From Squalus acanthias (lineage: Eukaryota), in contig CM059432.1 of assembly GCA_030390025.1 (NCBI GenBank), forward strand, positions 94,118,001-94,182,000: a DNA stretch of 64,000 bases, in the 5' to 3' direction. Below are positions 11,524 through 24,339 of this stretch, one piece after another (the stretch's first letter is position 1; every line of letters begins with the position of its first letter). A model generated the notes under the pieces. That model saw only the letters and a program-made list of their open reading frames with translations. It did not search any database and was not told the origin of the DNA. A program made the translations under genes and the position numbers.

Positions 11524-13131
11524 GACCCAGATTTTGCAGTCAGCGGCGAAGTGACGGCACTCACCGCTGACCTCGAAGAAAGTTGCTCACAAACTTTTAG
11601 TGGGTTCTATGGCATGGATTTCACCTTTCCCGGCATTGATTTAATTCTGGCACCATCTATAGGGGGTCTCTGGCGTCCAGCAGCTAAGCAGCCAGTCACA
11701 TTGAAGAATTCTCACAGACCGCAAACCAGGATGTAACAAGCCGGTTTTATCGTCACTTTTTATAATTTTACAGAAAGCAAAATAAAGAATGAGACATACA
11801 CATGAGATTAAGCTAAAAGCTGAAATATCATTTATAGTTTTTTTTTAAGTTTATTTTTTATTTTAAAAGATCTGTGGAATTTTTAACATGGAATCCAGAA
11901 ATTTGACATTCCACAAATTAGTTTTATAGGGCCAGAGAGGTTGTTCAGCAATAATTATGACTTAGTACACCGTTAAAAACCCAGTTACACCTCATTCAAC
12001 AAGGCTTAACTTTTTCAAGGGATTTTACAGTGAGAATAGAGTGTAAAAAGTGCAAGTTCACATCAAATCAGTGATTTTAATTGAGTTCCATCTGCGAGGA
12101 CTGCAACATAGAGCATAGAAGATAGGAGCAGGAGTAGGCCATTCGGCCCCTCGAGCCTGCTCCGCCATTTAATGAGATCATGGCTGATCATCGAAATTCA
12201 GTACCCTGTCCCTGCTTTCTCCCCATATCCCTTGATCCCTTTAGCCTTAAGAAATAAATCTATCTCCTTCTTGAATATATTTAATGAATTGGCCTCAACT
12301 GCCTTCTGTGGTAGAGAATTCCACAGGTTCACCACTCTCTGGGTGAAGAAATTCCTCCTCATCTCAGTCCTAAATGGCTTACCCCTTATCCTTAGACTGT
12401 GACCTCTGGTTCTGGACTCCCCCGCCATCGGGAACATCCTTCCTGCATCTAGTCTGTCTAGTCCTGTTAGAATTTTATAAGTTTCAATGAGATCCCCTCT
12501 CATTCTTCTAAACTCTAGCGAATATAAGCCTAATTGACCCAATCTCTCTTCATACGTCATTCCTGCCATCCCAGGTATCAGTCTGGTAAATCTTCGCTGC
12601 ACTCCCTCCATGGCAAGAACATCCTTCCTCAGATAAGGTGACCAAAACTGCACACAATACTCAAGGTGTGGTCTCACCAAGGCCTTGTACAACTGCAGCA
12701 AGACATCCTTGCTCCTGTACTCGAATCCTCTCGCTATGAAGGCCAACATACCATTTGCCTTCTTAACCGCCTGCTGCACCTGCATGCTTACCTTCAGCGA
12801 CTGGTGCACAAGGACACCCAGGTCTCGTTGCACTTCCCCTTTTCCCAATCTATTGCCTTTCAGATAATCTGCCTTCCTGTTTCTGCCACCAAAGTGGATA
12901 ACCTCGCATTTATCCACTTTGGGCAGATGCATGGCAGATGCAGTATAATCACCCAACCTGTCCAAATCATACTGGAGTTTCTGTGGAGAAGCAGGGTATC
13001 ACTGACAGCAACTTCAGGATTTCCGCGTTTAACTGCGCGTGTGCACACTCCAGAAGTTGCTGTCAGTTTTACAGCATAATGACGGCGAACACTGACAGTT
13101 TCACCGTCATAGCAACCGCAAATTCCGGCCC
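11524..13131. mobile_element. Non-autonomous Harbinger-type DNA transposon (MITE) interrupted by a CR1
   Basis: Imperfect TIRs GACCCAGATTTTGCAGT and reverse complement GGGCCGGAATTTGCGGT, resembling the Harbinger ends at 35036/38766; TSD not clean. Confidence 0.55.
12107..12970 (-). mobile_element. 5'-truncated, relatively young CR1
   Basis: Uninterrupted C-terminal ORF2 (ORF 12198-12965) and 3' tail. Confidence 0.92.
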
Positions 13132-13286
13132 ATTAATAATTAGTTTCATTGTATTTGGTGAATTAAGGAAAAACAAAATGTCGAACAATTTATAAATGTT
13201 GCTTGGAAATTTGACATTTTCAAATTATTGTCTTAGTGTAGAAGATTGATCAGATAAAGCTGTCTTCGTAATTTGTTTTCATTTAG

Positions 13287-13444
13287 ATCACGACCAAGCG
13301 AGTTCACGGAGAAGTCACAAAACACGCCGTCCAAAGCGAAAATATAACCTGACTCACAAAATGGGAGAAAAAAGTCTTGCAGCTGGGGAAAGAAGAAGGG
13401 AGCCACCAAACTATTTTGTATCAATACCTGTGACCAATCATCAG
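13287..13444 (+). CDS. AKAP7-like: AKAP7-like exon, 158 nt (DHDQASSRRSHKTRRPKRKYNLTHKMGEKSLAAGERRREPPNYFVSIPVTNHQ): basic NLS-like stretch and start of the 2H domain
   Basis: Acceptor tttgttttcatttag and donor CAG|gtataa; PNYFVSIPVTN matches AKAP7 PNYFLSIPITN. Confidence 0.92.
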
Positions 13445-13777
13445 GTATAACTGAACAGTTAAAGATTTACGCTCGTGTCTAATCTGTTTAATGGAGTTTG
13501 GAATTTGTTCGGTGTTTGAAACCACAGGTCTGTTGCTTAGATTATGCAACACTTCTGTAGCAGTCAGCAGAAAACTAGAATTGCTTTATGGTTTCTGTAG
13601 GTGGCCTTAATTACTTTTTATCTTTTGGATAGTACAGTAAATTCCTTCACTCCCCCTCAGGGTCACACATTAACTGGCAGTGAAAGTCTAGTGATATGTT
13701 CTTGGCTAATTATTGCCCTTTGCTTTCTCCCATGCAGTGCAACCTCTTTTTTTTTTCTCGTATCAGCAATACGATCA

Positions 13778-14172
13778 GCCTCCACCACTGGTGTACCGTG
13801 GCTGCAGTGTGCACTATCTACAAGATGCACTGCAGCAACTCGCCAAGGCTTCTTCGGCAGTACCTCCCAAACCCGCGACCTCTTCCAGCTAGAAGGACAA
13901 GGGTAGCAGGCGCATGGGAACACCACCACCTCCAAGTTCCCCTCCAAGTCACACACCACCCTGACTTGGAAATATATCGCCGATCCTTCATCGTCGCTGG
14001 GTCAAAATCCTGGAACTCCCTCCCTAACAGCACTGTTGGGAGTATCTTCACCACACGGACTGCAGCAGTTCAAGAAGGCGGCTCACCACCACCTTTTCAA
14101 GGGCAACTAGGGATGGACAATAAATGCTGGCCTTGCCAGCGACGCCCAGATCCCATAAACGAATAAAAAAAA
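13778..14172 (+). mobile_element. LINE family 2 3' end
   Basis: Matches 26010-26390; ends ccagcgacgcccagatcccataaacgaat plus poly-A. Confidence 0.85.
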
Positions 14173-15829
14173 ATATAGCTGAAATTCGGAACTCAATGGT
14201 GTGGGGTGGGGAAGTTCTGTTATTAGGGTCTCGCCATTCTGTTACTGCCAAGTTCACTTAATTTAGTGATTGAAGATGTAGGCTGTATTTTTCACCAGTT
14301 ATTGGAGTACATCTCCGATGGAGTGGGACTTTTGTCTGTGCCACAGATGCCCCTGAATGTGGTTGTATCTGGTCTCGGGGCCTTTTACGTAAGGGAGGCA
14401 GCCTTCCTGACCTCTGCTGGGGAGTTGGACCAGTATGGGGTGGAGAGTTGCTGCAGCAGACTCCAGCATAAGAATCCAATGACAAAGAAGTCGCCTGATT
14501 TAAAAAAAAAAAATAATAATAATGGCCTTTTTAGATTAAAAAAAAAGGTTTAATTAACGGTGCCTGTGCATGGCCACAATCTGAGAGCATTTGCACAAGC
14601 TCCTCTTCAGTTCTTGTCCTGAGACCTCCTTTGCTGATGTCTGAACACTGGAGGCAGGGGTCTAATGGGCAGCCCCTGCCTCCAGTGTTCCAAGAGTGCA
14701 TACGTGAAACACCGTGGAACTGGTACTCCCCTGCTTTGCAAATATTTACCACACATCTGTCCACATGGGTGGGTGCACTTCCCTGTTGGGGCCAGCCAAC
14801 ATAAAGCCCCAGGGAGGTAGGGACACAACGAAGAGCTTCCAACTTGCTTTCTGCCTCTGACCACTTCAGATCGATTGAAACATTGGGATGGGATGGGAGG
14901 TGGTGGAGGGTGGGAAAGGAATGCCCAGCCTGTAAACTCAACCACACGTAAATAACAATGCTTTATTTTAGAAGTAAATGTGAATTATTTGAGTAACTTC
15001 CACATGTACTAGTTGACTCGGTGACTATCTAAAATTGTGAAATATCTACCTCTTATCTTTTGCTCGAATGTAGTGGACTGAAGTTCACTTAACTGATGGC
15101 ATCTATTTGACAATGGAATGTAGTTAATCTTAAACTTCTTTTTCTCCAGTAAGACTAAGTATAAAGAGAGCTGTAATCATTGGACAGTTTCTAGGTATGA
15201 GATTCAGCTTTATACCTGAGGCACTGTTTCATGCCAAAGACAAACATTTAAAAACCGCAAGGTGTGTCCAGTGCGTGGGCAAGAGGTGAAGGCCTCTGTG
15301 CTGTAATCTGAGTTCTTTGTCCTGTTACCGCTGATACAGCAGCTGAGTAATGTTTTTCCATTATCAACAACCAAGTCATATCTCCACATAGCTAGAGAAG
15401 TGTACAGGTAGTGGGAAGCCAGTAAGCAGTGCTCTATACATTCTTGTGTAGCACCGAAGATCCCCAGCAAAATGGGTTTGTGAAAACCTTCCAGTGCTCA
15501 CAGTCATACTTGAAACAGAGGAAGATGGTTGGGGTTGCACAGTTAAACAGACATATCAGTGAAAAGTTTCTGTTGACTTGCATTCATACTTGTGCCTCTT
15601 GTGTTGCTCGTATGAGTATTGCATCCATTGCACCATCTGTGGATATGTACCCCATACCCAGGTCACCGCTGCTCTTAAACCAGTTGCTGGGAGACATCCT
15701 TACAATTTGGGTCAGCATGGTAGCATATCTGGTTGTAACCTATGATTTTCCCTTTCATGACTGTCTTGTCTAAATGTTAAATGCTTGAGTTGCTGTATAG
15801 TTTATACGTGAAGTGCAGAATGATGATGA

Positions 15830-16275
15830 AATGTGACTCCATGTTTGAACGCTTCCAGTCAGGTTTCCACCCCTGCTGCAGTATTGAAACGGCCCTGATC
15901 AAAGTCACAAATTACATCCTATGTTGTGGAGATGCCGGTGTTGGACTGGGGTGGACAAATGTGAGAAGTGATTTCAAATAAAGCTGTTGGACTATAACCT
16001 TGTGTTGTGCGACTTCTCACATACATCCTATGTGACTGTGACCGTGGTAAACTATCCCTTCACATCCTTCTCAACTTGTCTGCAGCCTATGATACGGTTG
16101 ACCACACCATCTTCCTCCAATGCCTCTCCTCCGTTGTCCAGCTGGGTGAGACAGCCCTTGCCTGATTCCATTCCTATCTATCCAGTTGTAGCCAGATAAT
16201 CTCCAGCAATGGTTTCTCTTCCTGCACTGTTACCTCTGGAGTCCCTCAAGGATCTATCCTTGGCCCCCTCCTAAT
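15830..16275 (+). mobile_element. L2 LINE RT fragment interrupted by a mini Penelope-type insertion
   Basis: FQSGFHP..S.ETALIKVTN.IL, LSAA.DTVDH and GVPQGSILGPLL motifs. Confidence 0.85.
15925..16021. mobile_element. 97-bp collapsed fold-back element, same family as 45308-45736
   Basis: Same tail (tgtggagatgcc.g.gttggactggggtggacaaa) and right-arm end as the 45-kb element; 12-bp TSD tacatcctatgt at 15913-15924 and 16022-16033. Confidence 0.85.
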
Positions 16276-16725
16276 ATACTTTGGGGAAGAGCCAACTCGA
16301 GTTCTATGTAACTGTCTGCATTTCAATAGTCGTAGAAGTCTGCGTGGAAAATTAACAATCGGATGTGTAGTTCTGTTGTTCACTCAACTATGCCTTTTAA
16401 ACAAAGGGTGACTTAGGACCTGGTTAAACTGAAAACTGTTGACATCACCTGAGCTCGAGACATTGTAATTACAGCAGTGGATGAGATGGAACAACCTTGG
16501 CTGTTCTATGAACTTTATATTACAAGTGTTTTCCTTGCTTAGATCAATTTGGAAATGTGAGGATGCCATTATAGACATTCAAACATACAAATTTATTTAA
16601 ACAGAGATTAATTGTTTAATTCAAAGGACCAATGTAAAAGTTGTATCTATTTTTTGTATGCAATCTGGTGTGAGATGGATTTCTAATTTCTCCAAGTTAA
16701 ATACTATTTTCCATTTTTAACACAG

Positions 16726-16862
16726 ATCTTGGACAAAATTGAGGATGTCCAGGAGCTAGTGGTAACCAAAGAACCCAAACTGCTTCCTGCTGTGATTCCT
16801 GTGGGAAGGATGCATTTGACCATCATTGTTGCTCACCTAAATACACCAGCTGAAGTAGAGAA
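16726..16862 (+). CDS. AKAP7-like: AKAP7-like exon, 137 nt (ILDKIEDVQELVVTKEPKLLPAVIPVGRMHLTIIVAHLNTPAEVE) with the first HxT motif
   Basis: Acceptor tttttaacacag and donor AA|gtaagt; in frame with both neighbours; HLT motif at the expected position. Confidence 0.93.
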
Positions 16863-17656
16863 GTAAGTAGTATGACCTGATGTGGTGGAGTTCAAGGGCA
16901 CTGAGTTTTTTTCCCCAATCTTAATTCTAACAGGAATTCTGTCATATTTGGATATTTAAAATTATTGTAATATTTACTAAAGGTCTAGGATATTCACTTC
17001 ACTTTCTAACATTTTATTACACAACTGAACCATACAAACCCAAGTTTCACTTGTGAAAGCCAACAACTACTATGGTTTTAAAAATGCTATCTATTTTGTA
17101 ATTGCATCCCTACCACTGTTGCTAATTACGTAATTTTTAATGCTTTTCTGATATTGATTGCTCTGCCGCTTAAGTTAATGAGACTGACTCTCCGTTGCAT
17201 TCAAACCAATATGAGAACAATTTTACTCTTTCCAACGCTGAACTGAAAGGAGAGGCTACCCATGAATGCCTGTTGTAACTGGCATTTATCTTGTCCTTTG
17301 CTTTTCAATATTTGTAAAGATTGCCTCTTCTAAATGTATACAATTGTATTCTATTGATTATTAATCTTTAAGAGCCCTTTCCTTTTCAAGAAGCTTATAT
17401 TGTCATTTCTTTCACCCACAAGTGATTAACCTGTGCTTTGTGACTTTGAGCAAGGCACTTAATCAATCTTCTCACATTTTGATTCCTAAAAGAATATAAA
17501 GTACAGAGTTCTGGCATTGAAGGATGATCATAGCTTTAGATTAGAGGTTTAAAAAATGCTGTCTAGGAAAGATACTCCTTCATTTAACTGGAAACCTAGA
17601 ATGATGAACTACAGGTCATAAATAAAAGTGTGTTGTAAAATACTGACCAATTATGT

Positions 17657-20600
17657 ATCATAGAATCATAGAGTAGTACAGCACAGAAGGAGGTCATTTG
17701 ACTCATCGCGTCTGTGCCGGCTCTTTCCTCATATCCCTGCAATTTTTTCTCCTTCAATTCCCTTTGCAGGCTACTATTGAATCTGTATCCACCACCCTAT
17801 CAGGCAGTGTATTCCAAATCCTAACCACTCGTTGTGTAAAAAGGTTTTTCCTCATGTCGCCTCTGCTTCTTTTGCCAATCACCTTAAATCTGTGCCCTCT
17901 CATTATCGACTCTTCAGCCATTGGGAACAGTTTCTCTTTATTTACTCTTATCTAAACCCGTCCTGATTTTAAACATCTCTCTCAAATCTTCTCTTAACCT
18001 TCTCTGCTCCAAGGAGAACAACTCCAGCTTCTCTAGTCTATCCATGTAACTGTAATCCCTCATCCCTGGAACCATTCAAGTAAATCTCTCTACCCTCTCA
18101 AGTCTTCACGTCCTTCCTAAAGAGTGGTGCCCAGAATTGGATACAATACTCCAGCTGGGGCCGAACTAGTGTTTTATATAGGTTTAGCATAATCTCCTGG
18201 CTTTTCTACTCTATGCCTCTATTTATAAAGCCCAGGATCCCGTATGCTTTATTAACTGCTTTATTAACCTGTCCTGCCACCATCAAAGATTTGTGCACCA
18301 ACACCCCCAGGTGTCTCTGTTCTTGTACACCCTTTAAAATTGTACCACTCTAGTATGTATGGCCTCTCCTCATTCTTCCTACCAAAATGTATCGCCTCAC
18401 ACTTCTCTGCGTTATTATTGGCCTTGGAGGGAGTGCAGTGTAGGTTTACCAGAATGATACCCGGACTTCAAGGGTTAAATTACGAGGAGAGATTACACAA
18501 ATTAGGGTTGTATTCCCTAGAATTTAGAAGGTTAAGGGGTGATTTGATCGTAGTTTTCAAGATATTAAGGGGAACAGATAGGGTAGATAGAGAGAAACTA
18601 TTTCCGCTGGTTGGGGAGTCTAGGACTAGGGGGCATAGTCTAAAAATTAGAGCCAGACCTTTCAGGAGTGAAATTAGGAACCACTTCTACACACAAAGGG
18701 TGGTAGAAGTTTGGAACTCTCCGCAAATGACAGTTGATGCTAGATCAATCATTAATTTTAAATCCGAGATTGGTAGATTTTTGTTAACCAAAGGTATTAA
18801 GGGATATGGGCCAAAGGCGGGTATATGGAGTTTGGTCGCAGATCATGGCGAAACAGGCTCGAGGGGCTAAATGCTCTACTCCTGTTCCTACGTTCCTATC
18901 CGCATTGGATTGCATCTGCCATGTGTCCGCCCATTCCACCAGTCTGTCTATGTCTTCTTGAAGTCTATTACCATCTTTCTCACTGTTTACTAAACTTCCA
19001 AATTTTGTATCATCTGTAAATTTTGAAATTGTGCCCCATACCCTCAAGACCAAGTCATTAACGTATGTCAAAAACAACCGTAGTCCTAGTACTGAACCTT
19101 GGGGAATGCTACTATATACCTCCCTCCAGTCCGAAAAACAGCCATTCACCACAACACTCTGTTTTCTACCTCTTAGCCAATTTTGTATCCAAAAATTGCT
19201 GCTACTGCCCCTTTTATCCCATGGGCTTCAATTTTGCTAACAAGCCTAATATGCAGTACTTTATCAAACGCCTTTTGAAAGTCCATATACACAACATCAA
19301 CTGCACTGCGCTCATCCACCCTCTCTGTTACTTCATCAAAAAACTCAATCAAGTTAGTCAAACATGATTTGCCCTCAACAAATCTGTGCTGGCTCTCCTT
19401 TATTAGTCCATGCTTGTCCAAGTGGCTGTTAATTTTCTCCCGGATTATTGTTTCTAAAAGCTTCCCCACCACCGACGTTAAACTGACTGCCCTATAATTG
19501 CCAGGTTTATCCTTCTCCCCTTTTTGAACAAGGGTGTAACATTTGTAAACCTCCAGTCCATTCGCACCACCCCTGTATCTAAGGATGATTGGAAGATTGT
19601 GGCCCCCACCTCCGCAATTTCTACCCTTACTTCCCTCAGCAACCTAGGATGCATCCCATCTGGACTGGGTGACTTAACTATTTTAATTACCACCAGCCTT
19701 TCTAGTACGTCCTCTTTATCTATTTTTATCTCCTCCAGTATCCCAGCAACCTCCTCGTTTGCCATAGCTTTGGCAAAGTCCTCTTCCTTGGTAAACACCA
19801 CTGCAAAGTACTCATTTAGTACCTGAGCCATGCCTTCTGCCTCCACCAATAGTTATCCATTTTGTTCCCTAATCGGTTGTATCGCTCCTCTGACAACCCT
19901 TTTACTGTTAATATACTGCCTATAGAAGACCTTTGAATTCCCTTTTGTGTTAGATGTCAATCTATTCTCCTAGTTTCTCCTTGCCCCCTTATTTCCTTTT
20001 TCACTTCTCTGTACTTTTTATATTCAGCCTGATTCTCCCTTGTGTTATCAAGCTGACATCTGTCATACGCCCCCTTTTCTGCTTCATCCTACTCTCGAAC
20101 TCCTTCATCATCCAGGGAGCTCTGGGTTTGGTTGCCCTCCCTGTCCCCTTTGTGGGAATGTACTTCGACTGTATCCGAACATTCTGCTCTTTAAAGGCCA
20201 CCCATTGCTCCAATACATTTTTGCCTGCCAGTCTTTGACTCCAATTTACCCGGGCCAGATCCCTCCTCAATTTGCTGAAATTAGCCCTCCTCCAGTTAAG
20301 TATTTTTACTCTAGATTGCTCCTTGTCCTTCTCCATAACTAATCTAAACCTTAGGAAAGTATGATCACTATTCCTGAGATGCTCTCCAACTGTGACATTC
20401 TCCACTTGACCCACTTCATTCCCCAGGACTAGATCCAGCAATGCCTCCTTGTTGGGCAGGAAACATACTGATCAAGAAAATTCTCCTTAACACACTTCAG
20501 AAATTCCACCCCTTCTCGCTCTTAATGCAATTACTGCCCCATTTAATATTGGGGTAGTTAAAGTCTCTCATTATCACTACTCTATAGTTCTTGCACCTCT

Positions 20601-20660
20601 CGCCAATTTCTTTGCAAATCTGCTCCTCTATCTCCTTCCTGCTATTTGGCGGCCTATAAG
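17657..20660 (-). mobile_element. CR1 LINE (degenerate ORF2) with a nested + strand CR1 3' end at about 18415-18898
   Basis: APE and RT motifs on the minus strand; catagaatcatag tail; the insert carries its own 3' tail. Confidence 0.9.
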
Positions 20661-21171
20661 ACCTGTTCATTACTAACATTGCATTAGCACAATTTCAACT
20701 TAAAAATCTGCTATAAATGCAATTAAGCTTTTTTTTAGTAATTTTGAAAGTCAAATTAAGAGATGCCTTATGAACTGGAAAATAATTCAATTTTTAAATT
20801 AATCCAATTATTTCGCTGGAACTTAGCTTTATGCTGCAACAGTTCTGTTTTTTTTCTACAGTTCAAAGTCTTTCCATTTGAAATATGACTCAATCCTTTG
20901 CAGTTTTTAACAAATTTGATCGTGTCAAAGTCAAGCAACACTGTTGTTTTACAAAGAGGTCTGAAACAATTAATATCTTTGTTTTAATTGGTTACTAATT
21001 CATTTAGAACTCAACTTGCATGAAAGGTTAAGTCACACATCTCCCCTTTATTGCTGCCCTCCAATCTTCCTCCCTCATTACCAGCGCTGCTGGAAAGTTG
21101 CAGAAGGTTGCAACTCAAACTTTAGAGATGTCTTTCACCCCTCCTTCCCCGCCTTTCTTGCGGAGATATGT

Positions 21172-21843
21172 ATTGGAAGGAAGAATGAGGAGAGGTAATA
21201 TAAACAAAATGGTACAATTTTAAAGGGGGTGCAGGAACAGAGATGTGGGGATTCACATACACAAATCTTTGACGGTAGCAGAATAAGTTAAAAAAGCATA
21301 CGGGATCCTTGGCTTTATAAATAGAGGCATAGAGTACAAAAGCAAGGAAGTTGTGCTGAACCTATATAAAACACTGATTAGGCCTCAGCTGTAGTGTTGT
21401 GTCCAATTCTGTGCACCACACTTTAGGAAAGATGTCAAGGCCTTGGAGAGGGTCCATGGGCGATTTACTTGAATGGTACCAGGGATGAGGGACTTCAGTT
21501 ATGTGGAGACTAGAGAAGCTGGGATTGTTCTCCTTAGAGCAGCGAAGGTTAAGGGGAGATTTAAGATAATTGGCAAAAGAATCAGAGGGGAGATGAAGAG
21601 AAATTTTTTTACACAGCAAGTTGTGATGATCTGGAATGCACTACCTGAAAGGATGGTGAAAGCAGATTCAATAGTAATTTTGAAAAGGGAATTACATATA
21701 TACTTGAGAAGGAAAAAAATGCAGGGCTATAAGGAAAGAGCAACGGAAAGTGGGACTAATTGGCTAGCTCTTTCAAAGAGCTGGCACAGGTATGACGGCT
21801 TGAATATCATCTTTCTGTGCTATTCTTTGATGCTCTCTATGAT
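21172..21843 (+). mobile_element. CR1 3' fragment
   Basis: Degenerate C-terminal ORF2 and 3' UTR. Confidence 0.85.
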
Positions 21844-22014
21844 TTATTTTAAAAGTTTACTTTTCCAGTAGCCCTTGTTAAGGCAGAGTGCTTGTAGTTG
21901 GGCATGGTCCTTAATTTTTTTTCCTCAAAATTCCTACTTGTATGTACCTTCCCCTCCCACATTTTACAATTACTTGATATCATTTTTCCCACACCGTCCC
22001 TTCAGAGGCACTCT

Positions 22015-23470
22015 TAGAACATAAGAACAAAAGAAATAGGAGCAGGAATAGGCCATTCAGCCCTTCAAGCCTGCTTCGCCATTCAATAAGATCATGGCTG
22101 ATCTTCTAGTCAACTTCACCTTCCCGCACTATCCCCATATCCCTCGGTTCCCTTAGTATCCAAAAATTTATCGATCTCTGTCTTGAATATACTCAACAAC
22201 TGAGCATCCACAGCCCTCTGGGGTAGAGAATTCCAAAGATTCACCAACCTTTGAGTGAAGAAATTTCTCCTCATCTCAGTCCTAAATGGCTGACCCCTTA
22301 TTCTGAGACTGTAACCCTGAGTTCTTGACTCCCCAGCCAGAGGAAACATCCTCCCATCATCTACCCTGTCAAGCCCCTTAAGAATTTTATACATTTCAAT
22401 GAGATCGCGCCTCATTCTTCTAAACTCTAGGAAGTATAGGCCTAGTCTACTCAATCTCTCATCATAGGACAATCCTCCCATCCCAGGAATCAGTCTAGTG
22501 AGCCTTTGTTGCACTCCCTCTAAGGCAAGTATATCCTTCCTTAGGTAAGGAGACCAAAACTGTGCACAGTGCTCCAGGTGTGGTCTCACCAAAACCCTGT
22601 ACAATTGCAGTAAGACTTCCTTACTCTTGTACTCCAATCCCCTTACAATAAAGGCCAACATACCATTTGCCTTTCTAATTGCATGTTAACTTTCATTTCA
22701 GCCTTAAAAAAAATATTCTGCTTTTCTATTTTTCCTACCAAAGTGGATAACTTCACATTTCTCCACATTATATTCCATCTGCCATGTTCTTGCACACTGA
22801 CTTAACCTGTCTATATCCCTTTTCAGCCTCTTTGTGTCCTCCTCACAACTTACTTTCCCATCTAGCTTTGTATTGTCAGCAAACTTGGATATATTACACT
22901 CAGTCCCTTCATCTAAGTCATTAGTATAGATTGTAAATAGCTAAGACCCAAGCACTGATCCTTGCGGTACCCCACTAGTTACAGCCTGCCAACCCGAATA
23001 TGACCCATTTATCCCTACTCTCTGTTTTCAGTCCATTAACCAATCCTCTATCCATGCTAATATATTACTCCCAATCCCATGAGCTCTAATTTTGTGTAAT
23101 AACCTCTTGTGTGGCACCTTATCGAATGCCTTCTGAAAATCCAAATATACTACATCCACCCTGCTAGTTACAACCTCAAAGAACTCTTCTAAATTTGTCA
23201 AACACGATTTCCCTTTCATAAATCTGTATTGACTCTGTGCAATCATATTGTGATTTTCTAAGTGCCCTGTTACCACATCCCTAATAATAGATTCTAGCAT
23301 TTTCCCTACTGCTGATGTCAGACTAACTGGTCTGTAGTTCCCCGTTTTCCCTCTCCCTCCGTTCTTGAATAGCAGGGTTACATTTGCTACCTTCCAATCC
23401 TCGGGAACCATTCTAGATTCTAAGAAATTGTGGTAAATCAAAACCAATGTGTCCACTATCTCTAGCCACC
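22015..23470 (-). mobile_element. 5'-truncated CR1
   Basis: RT motifs in ORFs 23028-23456 and 22116-22661; tagaacataagaac tail. Confidence 0.9.
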
Positions 23471-24339
23471 AGGGGAGGATGATCTGGTGTTATTCCACAC
23501 TGTGTGCATGGATTTGATGGTTTTCTAATCTGAATATAAACCATGGTCTACCATTTTTAAGCAGCCTTAGTATATGGTGCTGTGATAGTAGAATTCCTTC
23601 TGTTTTATTTAACATTACAGAATTTCTCTTTTTTTAAGGTGAAGCAGTGGGAGGGAGGTGAGGGCTGCTTGTGTTAATACTTTGAAATGAAGTTGTGTAT
23701 GTGTGTGCTTATATATTCATTCCCATTGTTGGAATCTACAAAGGACTCAAAAAGGTATTTATATGGTTGATACTTGAGAGCATTTAATAGAAATCGGATA
23801 ATGATCTGTGCAGTTGCTGCAAGAGTTGGAAGAGCAGAGTACAGTTGACCTTTCCAAAGAAGTCTTGTTCCAAATGATTGGATTAATTAATGTTGTACAT
23901 AAACTATACCTTAGGCAGAAATTGCCGGTTAGTGTACTGTTAATTCATGTTGTATGTATTATCCAGTACTGTTTATTTGTAACCTGTTGTCTGGCTATTC
24001 ATTAATGGATCTTTGCCTTAAGCCAGTACAATCAAATTTCTTTCCCACCCCATTGCCTTACTTTAAAATAAAAATTGAAGTAATTGTACTGAATAAGAGC
24101 AGCAGGGAGCAGACAGACATAATTTTAGTCCCTCTTGAGTATTCTAAACTATTCATGAGTGTAATTCTTAATGAACAATATTTAAATTCATTACCAGAGT
24201 TGCATATCCGTTTATATTCTCATTTGGATTATGTATATCGGAAATTGCAGAGTCACACAACCTTGATGACCTAAAACGTCATTTCTGTCTAGCTTCGTTC
24301 TAATTTTGAGGTGTCTATTGATGCATGACCTTGAGTCCC

